Assembly: GCF_009914755.1 (NCBI RefSeq)
Contig: NC_060929.1
Source: the human T2T-CHM13v2.0 reference genome, Homo sapiens
Direction: 5' to 3' (one strand)
Length of the DNA: 64,000 bases
Position numbers and translations under genes: made by a program. Of the stretch, positions 43,511 through 57,828 are shown piece by piece. Below the pieces are notes generated by a model, which searched no databases, was not told where the DNA came from, and saw only the letters and a program-made list of their open reading frames with translations. The first letter of the stretch is position 1; every line of letters begins with the position of its first letter.

Positions 43511-44790
43511 TTGTTATAACTTCTATTTCTCTTATCCTTTGGCCCAGTTTACAGAAGAAGTACACATTTGGATCTTGGCTGTTCTGTAATTGTTAAAATT
43601 GCTGAAGATCTCTGTGAGTGTGTGTGTAAAGCGTGGGGAGTTATGCTCCATTTCCTCGAAGTTAAATACTAACAAAAATTTCTTTGAATTCTTCTACGTG
43701 GTAGATATGTCCATTTCCCCCATTTATTTATTTCTTTAAGGTTTTTTATATTAGCATAGACTCATAGATATTTATTTTATTCTTCATGTTATATTCCAAT
43801 ACTAAATTATTTATTTCGTTTCTCAAGGAGCTCTTGATTTTTTTTTTTTTATTGCGAATAGTAGGAGCAAACAAGATCTGGGCAGTAGGTGTGCTCACTG
43901 CTACTGGGGAATCATGCTTCTAGGCCCTCTCAGATGACAGAGGAAGAAAACATATGTATATATACTATACCACGTATAAACTCTTACTATAAATATTTTT
44001 ATATTTATCCATCCATATGTATATTCAGGTAGACATGAGATAATACTGATGTATCCTACTCTAAACCATTACCATATGAATTATCCTAGATTTCTTTCCT
44101 TCATTGTCTGTAACCTCCCAGTTCAACAGTGAGAATCCTGGCTTCCACAATTCACCACTGATTTACTTAATTATTTAATTGCTTTTACATGGATACTCAT
44201 TTCCAAATTGTTAATCACAGTCTTGTGGGGAAAATACTTTATGAGCTAGAGTATAGTGTACGTATACAGTTCCTTTTGCTTTAGTCTTGCAGATTCCACT
44301 TATTTCCAAAGCTGCTTAGATCAGCAATATTTTCCCCAGCCCCTTCAGTGAGGTGGTTTCAGATATTTGTAATACAATTTGATTTTTTCATTCTTAATTT
44401 TATTTCTAGTTCTGCCAAATTCCTAAATAATTTAACTTATTTAATTTGTGTATGCTAAAGTTCACCATTTCTTTTTCAATTTTTAAATTTAAAAAAATGT
44501 TTTATTTATGTTTTTTTAAATTCAATAGTTTTTGGGGTACATGCATTTTTTTAATACATGGATAGGTTCTTTAGTGGTGATTTCTAAGATTTTGGTGTAC
44601 CCGCCACCCAGGCAGTGTACACTGTAACCGTTGTGTAGTCTTTTATCCCTTGCCTGCTTCCCACCATTCTGTCCAAGTCCCCAAAGTCCATGCCTTTATG
44701 TTCTCATAGTTTAGCTCCTACTTATAAGTGAGAACATCTGATGATTGGTTTTCCATTCCTGAGTTATTTCACTTAGAATAACGGTCTCCA

Positions 44791-45123
<333 letters not shown>

Positions 45124-45194
45124 CTCTAACTCCATCCAGGTTGTAGCGAATGCCATTATGTCATTCCTTTTTATGGCTGAGTAGTATTTCATGG

Positions 45195-45218
45195 TATGTA
45201 GGTGTGTGTATGTATGTG

Positions 45219-45254
<36 letters not shown>

Positions 45255-45460
45255 TACACACACACACAAATGTATATACACACATATATACACATTTTTA
45301 TATATACATGTATATATGTATATATACACATCAACCAACAAGTGGAACATATATACATATATTTTTTATATACAGATATATAAAATGTATATATATACAG
45401 ATATATATATATAAAATGTGTGTGTGTGTATATATATATATATACATACACACATATATA
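45195..45460. repeat. Compound (TG/TA/CA)n microsatellite inside L1PB
   Basis: Directly visible. Confidence 0.95.
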
Positions 45461-47527
45461 TTCCACTCATTGGTTGATGAGCATTTAGGTTGGTTCTATA
45501 TTTTTGCAATTGCGAATTGTGCTGCTATAAACCTGAGTGTGCAAGTTTCTTTTTCATATAATGACTTATTTTCCTCTGGGTAGATACCCAGTAGTAGGAT
45601 TGCTGGATTAAGTTGCAGTTCTACTTTTAGTTATTTAAGGAATTTCCATACCGTTTTCCAGAGCGGTTGTACTACTTTACATTCCTACCAGTAATGTAAA
45701 AGTGTACCCTTTTCACTACATCCATGCCAACATCTATTTTTTTTAATTTTTTAACTATGATCATTCTTGCAGGAGTAAGATGTTATATCATTGTGGTTTT
45801 AATTTTCATCTCCCGGATAATTAGTAATGTTGAGCATATTTTCATATGTCTTTGGACATTCATATCTTTTCCTTTGAGAATTGTCTATTCATGTTATTTG
45901 TCCACTTTTTGATGGGATTATTTGCCTTTTTCTTGCTGATTGTTTGAGTTCCTCGTAGATTCTGTATATTATTCCTTTGTTGGATGCACAGTTTGTGAAT
46001 ATTTTCTCCCACTCTGTGGGTTGTCTGTTTAATCTGCTGATTATTTCTTTTGCTCTACAGATGCTGTTTAGTTTCTATTATAAATTTCTTTAGGTTTGAT
46101 AAACACATAGTGTCATGATCTACGATTACAGCATCATACAAAATCTTTTCCCATCCTACAGTAATCCCCTATACTTTACTTCCTCAATCCATATAACCTA
46201 TTTTTTGAAAGGCATTGTTTTCTTTTTTTAAATAGCTTTTTAAATTTACAGTAGTTTTACATTGACAAAAAATATGCAAAGATAGTATAGAGTCCCCATA
46301 TATCCCAAGCCAGTTTATTCTTGGTGGAGATACTTTCGTTTTTACCTAGATAGTTTTGAGGGACAGTGGCCAGGTATTTTTGTAGGATTTCCCTTATTGA
46401 GATCTATCTGCTGTTTTTCTCATGATTAGACTGAGATGATAGATTTAGGGGAAGCAGATCACAGAGTTAATGTGCCATTCTTGTCACGTTATATCAAAGT
46501 TTCCAAAAAACCCTGGCAATCACTGAATTGTTTACCATCTCTATAGTTATACTTCTTACAGAATATTTTATGACTGAAATCATACAGTATGTAGCCTTTT
46601 TATAGACTTTTAAGAAAAGAGCAGTTTTAGGTTCACAGAAAAATTAAGAGGAAGGTACAGGAATTTCCCACATACTTTTTGCTCAAGACATGCACAACCT
46701 CCTACACCATCAACATACCCCTTCAGAGTGATTCATTTGTTACAAATGATGAAGCTCCACTGACATATCATCAACACCCAAAGCCTCTGGTTTAGGGTTC
46801 ACTCTTGGTGTTGTAAATTCCATGGTTTTGGATAAGTGTGAGTTGATATGTACTCATTATGTTAGTATACAGGGTAGTTTCACTGCTCTCAATTTTTTCC
46901 ATGCTCTGCCAATACATCCCTTCCTTCCCATCCCAACTGCTGACAACCACTAATCACTTACTGTCTCTGTAGTTTTGCTTTTTCTAGAATGTCAAATAGT
47001 TGGAATCATGCAGTGTTTAGCGTTTTTATATTGGCTTATTTTACTGAGTAGTTTTACCCAAGGTTCTTCTATGCCTTTTCAGGACCCCATGGCTTGTTTT
47101 TTTTGTTTTTTTTTTTAATCACTGAATAATATTTCATTGTCTGGATGTACCACAGTTTATCCATTAACCTTCTGATGGACATCTTGGCTGCTTCTAAGTA
47201 TTCGTGTTTATAAATAAAGTCATATAAACATCTTTGTGCAAGTTTTTGTGTACACATATATTTTCAGTTCCTTTGGGCAAATATCAAGGAGCATGATGGC
47301 TGGATCATATGGAAAGAATATGTTTAGTTTTGTAAGAAGCTGCAAAGCTGTCTTCCAAAGTGGCTGTAGCATTTTTCATTCCCACCTGCAGTGAATGAGT
47401 TATTGTTGCTCCACATTTTCTCCAGAATTTGGTTTTGTTCGTGTTCCAAATTTTGACTATTTTAGTAGATGTGTAGAGATGTCTCATTGTTTTAATATGT
47501 ATTTTCCAGATAATGTATAATGGGGTG

Positions 47528-47901
47528 TGATATGGTTAGGCTCTGTGTCCCCACCCATTTCTCATCTTGAATTGTAATCCCCATAATCCCCAGATGTCGA
47601 GGGCAGGACCTGGTGGGAGGTGATTTGATCATGGGGTGGTTCCCCCATGCTGTTTTCCTAATAGTGAGTGAGTTCTCACGAGATCTGATGCTTTTATACG
47701 TGTTTGACAGTTCCTCGTATGCATGCATTCTCTCTTCCCTGCCACCGTGTAAGACATGCCTCTTCCCCTTCTGCCATGATTGTGTAAGTTTTCCGAGGCT
47801 TTTCAAGCCATGCAGAACTGTGAGTCAATTAGACCTCTTTCTTTTATAAATTACTCAGTCTTGAATATTTCTTTATAGCAACATGAGAACAGACTAATAC
47901 A
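47528..47901 (+). mobile_element. THE1D-like solo LTR
   Basis: 'tgatatggttaggctctgtgtccccaccc...gactaataca'. 5-bp flanks gggtg/ggggg. Confidence 0.92.
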
Positions 47902-50466
47902 GGGGGCATCTTTTCATATGTTTATATGCATCTGTGTAACTTTTTAAAAGAGGCGTCTATTCAGGTGCTCGGCCCATTTTTAAATAGAGTTGTTTGCTTT
48001 CTCATTGTTAAGTTATATTACTTCTCTGTGTATTTTGGATAACAGTCCTTATCAAATGTGTCTTTCCAAATATTTTCTCCCAATCAATGGCTTGTCTTAT
48101 TCTCTTGATATTGTCTTTCACATGGCAGATTTTTTTTAATGAAGTCCAACTTATTCATTTTTAAAAAATAGATCATGCCCTTGGCATTACATCTAAAATG
48201 TCATTTCAATACCCAAGGTCATGTAGGTTTTCTCCTATGTAATTTTCAGGGAATTTCATAGTTTTACAATTGACATTTAGCTCTATTATCCAGTCTCATA
48301 ATGCAGTCTTTTCAGACTGGCTTCTTTCACTGAGCAATGTGCACTTAAAATTAATTAATATTTTCAGGGTCTTGATTCCCTTTAGTTCCTGAATAGTGTT
48401 CTATTATATGCATGTACTACAGCTTATTAGTATGTTCACTTTTTTTGTTATTTATGAAACATTTTGGCTACCATAAGCACTTACATGCAAATTTTTGTAT
48501 AGACACAACTTTTCAGATCAGTTGGGTTGTATGTTTTGCTGTGTGAGAAACTGCCAACTGTCTTCTAAAGTTTCTCCTCCACTTTGCATTCTTAGTAGCA
48601 GTGAATGAGAATTCTTGTTACTCCACATCCTTGCCAGCAATTAATATCAGTTTTTTTTGGACTTTAGACATTCCATTATGTGTGTAGTAATTTCTCACTG
48701 TTGTTTTAATTTGCACTTCCCTAATGATGAATTATGCTGTACTTTTTATCATATGCTTATTTAGCATTCACGTATATTGTTTGATATTCAAATCTTTTGT
48801 TTATTTTTTAATTAAGTTGTTAGTTTTACAGGACTTTGCACATTTTGGATGCAATTCTTTGATGAAATACATGTTTTGCAAATATTTTTCCCAGTCTGAG
48901 TCTTGTCTTTCCGTTCTCTTAATGGTATCTTTCTCAGAGCACACATTTATAACCTTAAGGAAATAAAGAATATCCAGGAATGATTTACATGTTAGTAATT
49001 TATTTACTAACAAAAACATTATTGGAATGATGATGAGAGCCTGATCCCATTTTCTTGCTGTCCCTGAAGCCTAGCTTGCCCTCATCAGGAAACAGTCTCA
49101 GTGAACCAATGTCATCTTTAAGAAGCTTTATTTTCACACTTAGACATGTGATTCATCTGGAATTGATTCTGTGTATGGTTGGAGGTACAGACCAAGGTTT
49201 CTCATGTAAATTTCGTGTTTATTTAACATTTATCCAAAGGTCATCATTTCTGCACTGCAGTGGTACCTTAATGATAGATAATTCATTTGTCTGGAGTCAT
49301 CGTGGATCTAAATGTGAATTCACTATTCTGTTTCTGGTATAATTATTTGTATATCCCTATGCACGTACACATCTTTTAAATTACAATAGATATTTAAATA
49401 TGTTTGAATGTCTAGTAATATGAGCTTCATTATTTAGGGTCTTTTGCTTGCATTTCTACATAAATTTTAGAATTAGCTTTTTTGCTTCCATAAAAGAAAA
49501 TGCTTTGCTTTTGAGTTATAATGGGTAAATCTATAGATTAATTGAGAGATAAGACCTTTATCATATTGAATTTTGCAATCCATAAACTTGATATAGTTCT
49601 CCATTTGTTTATCTTCTGTAATTCTTACATAAATGCTTTAAATCTGTGTAGATCTCTTTCACATATTTTTACATTTATTTCTATAGATTTAATTTTGATA
49701 CTTTTATAAATGATAGCTTTGAAAATTTTCACTATTATCAATTTGTTACAGTAGATAGAAATATAGAAAATATAGAAAATATAGAAATACAGTTGATTTT
49801 ATATATTAACTTGTATTCAGAAACCTTCCTAAGATAATTTATTGATTTTTAGAGTTTATCAGTGAATCCTTTTGTATTTCTCAATATAAATATTTATGTC
49901 ATATGGGAATGATAACAATTTTCTTAGTTCTTTTACTTTTTGGTAGAGGGTAGTGGTGAGGCTTATCCACTAGCTTTGACTTTCTAATATACCATTGAAT
50001 AGGGTTCATGTCAGTGGATATCATTGCTCATTTTTTATCTCAGGAATAAGTTTTTAATATTTCACAGCTAAATAAAATACAATATTTCATGGAAATGTTA
50101 TAAGCTTAAGAAAGTTTAATTTCTTCCCCTAGGTATTTGGGAAGGCATTTAAAATTATAAATGGGTAATTATCATTATCAGATGTCTTTTTTGTGTATAT
50201 ATTAAATGATATTGTGATTTTCCTATTTTACTTCATTAATATGGTGACTGACATTGATTATTTTATGTTTGGAGAGCCTTGCATTGCTGGAATAAATACC
50301 AACTCATCGTAATGTACTATCGTTTTTACATATTGCTAACATTTATTTGCCAATGCTTTGTTTAGTATTTCTGCACTTAAATTCATGAGACATTTGTCCT
50401 CTGATCTTACTAACTTGCAATATTTTGGTCAAGTTGTGAAATCAATGCTTATCTCATAAAAGGCAT

Positions 50467-51528
50467 TATCGGGGGACCTGTCCCGATAATCACATAGGTT
50501 CTTTTCTATTTTTCCTAAGTGTCAGCCGGCTTGAGAAATAAAAGGACAGAGTACAAAAGAGAGAAATTTTAAAGCTGGGCGTCTGGGGGAGACATCACAT
50601 GTTGGTAGGATCCGTGATGCCCCACAAGCCACAAAATCCAGCAAGTTTTTATTAGGGATTTTCAAAAGGGGAGGGAGTGTGCAAATAGGTGTGGGTGACA
50701 GACATCAAGTACTTAACAGGATAATAGAATATCACAAGGCAAGTGGAGGCAGGGTGAGATCACAGGACCACAGGACCGAGGCGAAATTAAAATTGCTGAT
50801 GAGGTTTCGGGCTCCATTGTCATTGATAACATCTTATCAGGAGACAGCGTTTTGAGATCAACGGGTCTGACCAAAATTTATTAGGTGGGAATTTCCTCTC
50901 CCTAACAAGCCTGGGAGCACTATGGGAGACTGGGGTCTATTTCACCCCTGCAGCCTCAACCATAAGAAACAGGCCACGCCCAAGGGGGCTGTTTATAAGC
51001 CCATACCTCCAGGCGCTTATTCTCTTTCTCAAGGACGTTCCATGCTGAGAAAAAGAATTCAGTGACATTTCTCCCATTTGCTTTTGAAAGAAGAGAAATA
51101 TGGCTCTGTTCTGCCTGGCTCAGAGTTTAAGGTTCTCTCTCTTATTCTCTGAACAATTGCTGTTATCCTATTCTTTTTTCAGGGTGCTCAGATTTCATAT
51201 TGCTCAAACACACATGCTATACAATTTTTGCAGTTAACGCAATTATCACATGGTCCTGAAGCAACATACATCCTCCTCAGCTGACAGGATTAAGAGATTA
51301 AAGTAAAGACAGGCATAGGAAAGCACAAGGGTATTGATTGGGGAAGTGATAAGTGTCCATGAAATCTTTACAATTTATGTTTAGAGACTGCAGTAAAGAC
51401 AGGCATAAGAAATTACCAAAGTATTAATTTGGGGAACTAATAAATGTCCATAAAATCTTCACAATCCATGTTCTTCTGCCATGGCTTCAGCCAGTCCCTC
51501 TGTTTGGGGTCCCTGACTTCCTGCAACA
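50467..51528 (-). mobile_element. MER11 solo LTR (HERV-K11/HML-8)
   Basis: Minus strand begins TGTTGCAGGAAGTCAGGGACCCC. Characteristic internal tandem duplication at about 51300-51470. Perfect 6-bp TSD aggcat at 50461-50466 and 51529-51534. Confidence 0.95.
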
Positions 51529-51559
51529 AGGCATAATCACTTTTATAAAAATGGTTGCA

Positions 51560-52490
51560 GCAGTGGCTTTATTTTTCATTCTTTCCAAATCCACAAATAA
51601 AAATATGTAGAACAACTCTAAGGAAAAAAAACAAAATCCTTGGACAACACTGACAATAAAACTAGATGAAAAATTATTCCTATGGATGCTAAAATAAAAG
51701 TGGGTACACATATGCCATCAAAAGGCCTGAATAGTATTGGCATTAGTGCTGGAGAAATAAGAAAAACAAAATTGGAGTGGCATCTGACAATGACATGAGA
51801 AAAGGATAATACCCAAATAGCCAATTGGTATTCATTGTAGCATAAGGAGTTTGGTTTTAAGGCAGCAGCTAAAATGGGCAGGGGTTTTGTTCACTCTAAT
51901 AGTGAGTGAGTGCAAAGGGTTCCCAGAAAGGGATAAATGAACTTCCCCAGAGGCAGTCTTGCTCTCACTGTTTCTCAAATTGATTCATCGAATTTTCCTT
52001 CAAAATACAGCCTGTGAAGATAAACTGCTGATGGTGGAATCAAAATTGATCAGGATAGGGACAAGAATGAAGAAGGGAAGAGAGTCTACAGACCAAAGAT
52101 TCTGAGGGAAGAGCCAGAAAATCTCAAAAAGCAAGCATCTATAGTGTTAAACTTTACACAAAAACAATAGAAGAGTAAGTTCTGTGAGGCTGGAAATTGT
52201 TTAGTGAACCACACTTCAATTCTAAGAGTTTAAGGATACTAATTTTACATGAGGAAGAGCAACAGAAAAATATCATGATAAGACCCAGTACAAAGATGTA
52301 GAATAAGGAGCAGAATAACCTCCCTGAAGACAACAAAAGCACATCAGAAGGCTAGGTGCACAACCAAAATCAGAAGTGTAACTCATTTTAAAATGAGTTA
52401 ACATATACTTGGAAAATTATGAAAAACAAGAAGGAATAATGCAAATCAGAATTAGAAAAAAATCAGAAATGTGATGAAGGAATTCAGGAG
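51560..52490 (+). mobile_element. HAL1- or L1M-5'-like relic
   Basis: A-rich sense strand. 'aatcagaattagaaaaaatcagaaatgtgatgaaggaattcagg' resembles the HAL1 coiled-coil region. Confidence 0.35.
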
Positions 52491-52491
52491 A

Positions 52492-53080
52492 GTTTTGATG
52501 TCTTATCAATGGCTTTTAGAAATGTTACTATGATATGCCAGGAAATTATTTGTTTTATTTGTTTTGTATCTGTACTAGGTATTTATAAGTTTTCATACAT
52601 CTGTACATTGATGTTTCCCCTTTTTTGGAAAAAATTGTAGCAGATATTTCTTCAAATATTGCTTCTATCTAAGTATCTTTCTTTCTCCTCCCCTTCTGAG
52701 ACTTCAACTATACATACCTCAGATTTTTCACTATGCCACACACACACATATTGATAGGCAAATATGATGTCCATTTCTGCATTTTAAAATATGTGGGTAT
52801 TTTCTACCAATTTACTCTCCAGGTTGCTTATTCTTTCCCTGACATGTCAAATCTACTATTAAATCTGTGCTTTCAATTCTAAATTTAAATTTAAATATTT
52901 AGTTCTTGGCAGTGACTCTTAAATATTAAGGTTATTTGGTGAAAATTTCTAATTTTTATAATATTTATGAAAATTATTCATCATACGTTTAATAATATTT
53001 CTTTCTGGTGACTAACATATCTGAATCAGTATGGGTCTACTTTTATTATTTATTTGTTCTCTTGAATTTTGGTCATTTGC
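52492..53080 (-). mobile_element. L1M ORF1-region relic
   Basis: 'gatatttcttcaaatattgcttct...ctccccttctgagacttcaactatacata...tcaaatctactattaaatc', antisense ORF1 pattern. Confidence 0.6.
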
Positions 53081-55507
53081 TCCCTGATGTACATCAGTGC
53101 AAAAATCTTCAATAAATTACTGACAAACCAAAAAGCTTATCCACCATGATCAAGTTGGCTTCATCCCCAGGATGCAAGGCTGGTTCAACATCAGCAAATG
53201 AATAAATGTAATTCATCACATAAACAGAACTAAAGACAAAAACCATATGATTATCTCAATAGATGTATAAAAGTCCTTTGATAATATTCAACATCCTTTC
53301 ATGTTAAAAACTCTCAATAAACTAGGTAATGAATGAATATATCTCAAAATAATAAGAGATATTTATGACAGACTCAAAGTCAATATAATACTGAATGGGC
53401 AAAAGCTGAAAGCATTCCCCTTGAAAACTGGAACAAAACAAGGATGCCCCTCTCTCACAACTTCTATTCAACATAGTATTGGAAGTTCTGGACAGGGCAA
53501 TCAGGCAAGATAAAGAAATAAAGTGTATTCAAATAGGAAGAGAGGAAGTCAAATTGTCTTTGTTTGCAGATTACATGATCCTATATCTAGAAAACTCCAT
53601 CGTCTCAGTCCAAAAGCTCCTTAAGTTTATAAGTAACTTCAGGAAACTCTCAGGACACAAAATTGTTGTGCAAAAATCATAAGCATTCCTATACACCAAC
53701 AACAGACAAGCAGAGAGCCAAATCATGAATGAACTCCCATTCACAATTGCTACAAAGAGAATAAAATACGTAGGAATTAAGCTAACAAGGAAAGTGAAGG
53801 GCCTCTTCAAGGAGAACTACAAACCACTGCTCAAGAAAATTAGAGAGGACACAAACAAATGAAAAAGCACACTGTGCTCATGGATAGGAAAAATCAATGT
53901 CATGAAAATGGCCATACTGCCCAAAGTAATTTATAGATTCAATGCTATTCCCATTAAACTATCATTGACGTTTTTCACATAATTAGAAAATACTATTTTA
54001 AAATTCATGTGGAACAAAAAAAGAGCTTGTATAGCGAAGACACTTCTAAGCAAAAATAACAACACTAGAGGTATCATGCTACCTGACTTCAAACTGTACA
54101 CTACAAGGCTACAGTAACCAAAAGAGGATGGTACTGGTACAAAAGCAGACACATAGACCAAGGGATCATATAGAGAACTCAGCTATAAGACCTCACATCT
54201 ACAACCATCTGATCTTCAACAAACCTGACAAAAAGAAGCAATGAGGAAAGGATCCCTTATTTAATAAATGATACTGGGAGAACTGGCTAGCCATATGCAG
54301 AAAATTGAATCTGGACCCCTTTCTTACATCTTATAAAAATTAACTCAAGATGAATTAAATAATTTAGTGTAAAACCCAAAACTATAAAAACCCTAGAAGA
54401 AAATCTAGGTAATACCATTCAGGACATAGGCACAGGCAAAGATTTCATGACAAAATTGCCCAAAGCAATTGCAACAAAATCAAAAATTGATAAATGGTAG
54501 TTAATTAAACTAAAGAGCTTCTGCACAGCAAAAGAAAATTTCATCAGAGCAAACAGACAACCTCCTGAGTGGGGGAACATTTTTGCAATCTATCCATCTG
54601 ACAAACGTCTAATACCCAGGGTCTACAAGGAACTTTAACAAATTAACAACAACAAATAGAAACTGTTAAAAAGTGGGCAAAAGACATGAACAGACACTCC
54701 TCAAAAGAACACATTCATGTGGGCAACAAACATATGAAAAAAAGTTCAATATCACTGATCATAGAGAAATGCAAATCAATGTCACAATGAGATACCATCT
54801 CACACCAGTCAGAATGGTGATTTTTAAAAAGTCAAGAAACAACAGATGCTGCCTAGGTTCCAGAGAAATAGGAATGCTTTTACACTGTTGGTGGGAATGT
54901 AAATTAGTTCAACCATTGTGGAAGATGGTGTGGAGATTTCTCAAAGATCTAGTACCAGAAATACCATTTGACCCAGCAATCTCATTACTGGGTATATACG
55001 CAGAGGAATATAAATTATTCTGTTATAAAGATACATGCACACGTATGTTCTTTGCAGCACTATTCACAATAGAAAAGACATAAAATCAACCCAAATGCCC
55101 ATCAATGATGGACTGGATAGAGAAAATGTCAACATATACACTATGGAATACTATGAAGCCATAAAAAAGAACAAGATCATGTCCTTTGCAGGGACATGGA
55201 TGGAGCTGGAAGCCATTATCTTCTGCAAACTAACACAGGAACAGAAAACCAAACACTGCATGTTCTCACTTATAAGTGGGAGCTGAACAGTGAGAACACA
55301 TGAACACAGGGAGGGGAACAACACACACTGGGGCCTGTCAGGGGTCACGGGGAGGGGAGAGCATTAGGGAAAATAGCTAATGCATGCTGGGCTTAATACC
55401 TAGGTGATGGGTTGATAGGTGCAGCAAACCACCATGGCACACATTTACCTGTGTAACAAACCTGTACCTCCTTCACATGTACCCCGGAACTTAAAATAAA
55501 AATAAAA
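53081..55507 (+). mobile_element. 5'-truncated L1PA (about L1PA10/11), 2.4 kb, ORF2 disrupted
   Basis: RT-to-3'-end homology, FADD mutated to FADY, multiple stops. 3'UTR 'aaatagctaatgcatgctgggcttaatacctaggtgatggg'. Confidence 0.92.
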
Positions 55508-57569
55508 CAATTTTTTTAAAAAAGTTATAAAATAATAATAAAATAGATTCTGAAGTTTAAAAATACAATAATTCAAATACAAATTTATTAAAGAGCGTCA
55601 CAGCAGATGACAGCTAGAAGAATAAATAATCAATAAACTTGGACAAAATTAAATTGATTTTTTTTCAGTGTGAGAAACAGAAATAAAAAAGAATGACTAA
55701 AGACAACCTATAGGATACCATCAAACATACATATGTATGTGTGTGTGTGTGTGTGCATATTTATATTGTGAAAGTTCCAGAAGGAGAATGAGAGAAAATG
55801 GGCAGACAGAGTATTTTAATAAACAATGGTTTGAAACTTTCTAATTTTAATGAAAAATATTAATTCACACATCAAAGAAATGCAACAACCTCCAAATACA
55901 ATAAATATACAAGATCTACAGCTAGAAACATCATAATAAAACTGTGGAAACAATATAAACACTTCATCAGTAAAAATAAATCCATAATTTTATTAACAGG
56001 TGATTTCTGATCTGATTTCTAGTATTCAGAAAATATAAAGATCACATAATGTATTGATAGTAAAATACTATCAAAAAAGAGTCCTATATACAGAAAAAAA
56101 GAGTATCCTTCAAGTATGAAGGAGAAATTTAAAATTTTACAGGTACACAAAAACTTAGAGAATGAATCTCTAGCAGTTATATCCTGCATAAAATTCTAAA
56201 AGGAGAGCTTTAGGGTGAAAGGAAAGGATACTAGATAGTAAATTGAATCTACAGGAAGAAATAAAGAATACTGATAAAGGTGCTTAAATATAAAAGAGGT
56301 TATGAATGCATTCTTGCTTGTAATTATTTTTCCTATCTGATTTAAAGAGAAAAGCATTCAAGAAACATAAATCAGTGTTAATGAACTCAGAAAATATAAA
56401 ATAAAATTAGCATGACAATTGTAGCTCAAGGTCAGGAGAAAAAATGGAAATAGATAGGAGCAAAAATGTTGTGTAATCTTGAAACTAAATTCATTTCATC
56501 CAATCTAGATGGTTATAAATTAAGATGTTAATTGTACCTCGAGGGAAGTGACAAAGAAAACAAATACAAACATGGTAAATAAGTGAATTAGAATGATATA
56601 GAAGATAATATCAATTTAACACAAAAGGAGGTAGTAAAGGAAGGAAAGGGTTTCATAAGGAATACAGAAGATACTAAATTGAAAAATGTAAATCTAACTG
56701 TATTAATAGTTAAATTAAATGTGAATGTATTTGAAACTCCAATTGAAATGCAGTCTGAAAGAATGAATTAAAAGTACATGCATTTTGAATTACTTGCTGC
56801 TTACAAGAGATATTATAGATTTAAAGACAAATAATTTCAGACTTAATCAAATGGAAAAATATATACTACAAATGACAATGATATGACAAATAGAGTGGGT
56901 ATTCTAATATAACCCAAAATAAACTTTGAGACAAAGATTATTATTAGAGACAAATAATAATACTTTATAGAAATAAAAGAATCAATCCATCAAAGACATA
57001 GCAATTACAAATATGTATGTAACTAACAACAAAGCTTCAAAATACATGCCACATCAAGTGACAGAATGAAAAAGAGCCTTTGAAAAATCAACAGTAATAG
57101 CTGAAGACATCACCATCCTATTTTTAATAACGGATGGATTAACTAGGCAGAAAATCAGCAAACAATTACGAGACTTAAGCAACACTATAAATGAAATAGA
57201 CCTAAGAAATATCTACAGACTGTTCTTCTCCAAAACATCAAAATACACATTATCCTCAAGTACATATGCAATATTCTCTAAAACAGATAATGTATTAGGC
57301 CATGAAACAAGAATAGGTAAATTTAAGAAGATTAAAATTGTATGTATATAGTATCAAACCACAAGGAAATGAAATTATGTATCTTCAAAGATAGAAATTT
57401 GAGAAATTAACAAATACATGAAAATTCAATACACTTCTAAATGACCAAAGTATAAATGAGAGAAATTTTTTAAAAAATGCTTTGAAATAAGCCAAAGCAA
57501 AAGTACAGTATACCAAAATTTATAAGATGCAGTTAATGCTGTGCTTAGGAGAATATTTATGGATATTTG

Positions 57570-57828
57570 CATACAGTTTGAAGGAAGAAGTGCTAATGTT
57601 CTATAGTAGAGTAGGGTGACTGTAGTTAGCAACAATCTGTTGCATATTTCAAAATAGTAGAAGAGAGGACTTGAAATGTTCCTAACACATAGAAATGATA
57701 AATGCTCAAGATGGCAGATATCCTAAATACTGACTTGATTATTACATATTCTACGCATGTAACAAAATATCACATGTACCCCATAACTATGTACAAATAT
57801 TATATATTAATAAAAAATAAAATAATAA
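57570..57828 (+). mobile_element. L1MA (about MA4/5) 3' terminal fragment
   Basis: 'tagggtgactgtagttagc...gaagagaggacttgaaatgttcc...cacatgtaccccataa' followed by an A-rich tail. Confidence 0.85.

Noticed and set aside
51300-51470. About 90-bp tandem duplication
   Set aside because: A normal internal feature of MER11 LTRs.
53479-55286. ORF2-like ORFs as a functional RT
   Set aside because: 5'-truncated old L1PA with FADD changed to FADY, stops and frameshifts.
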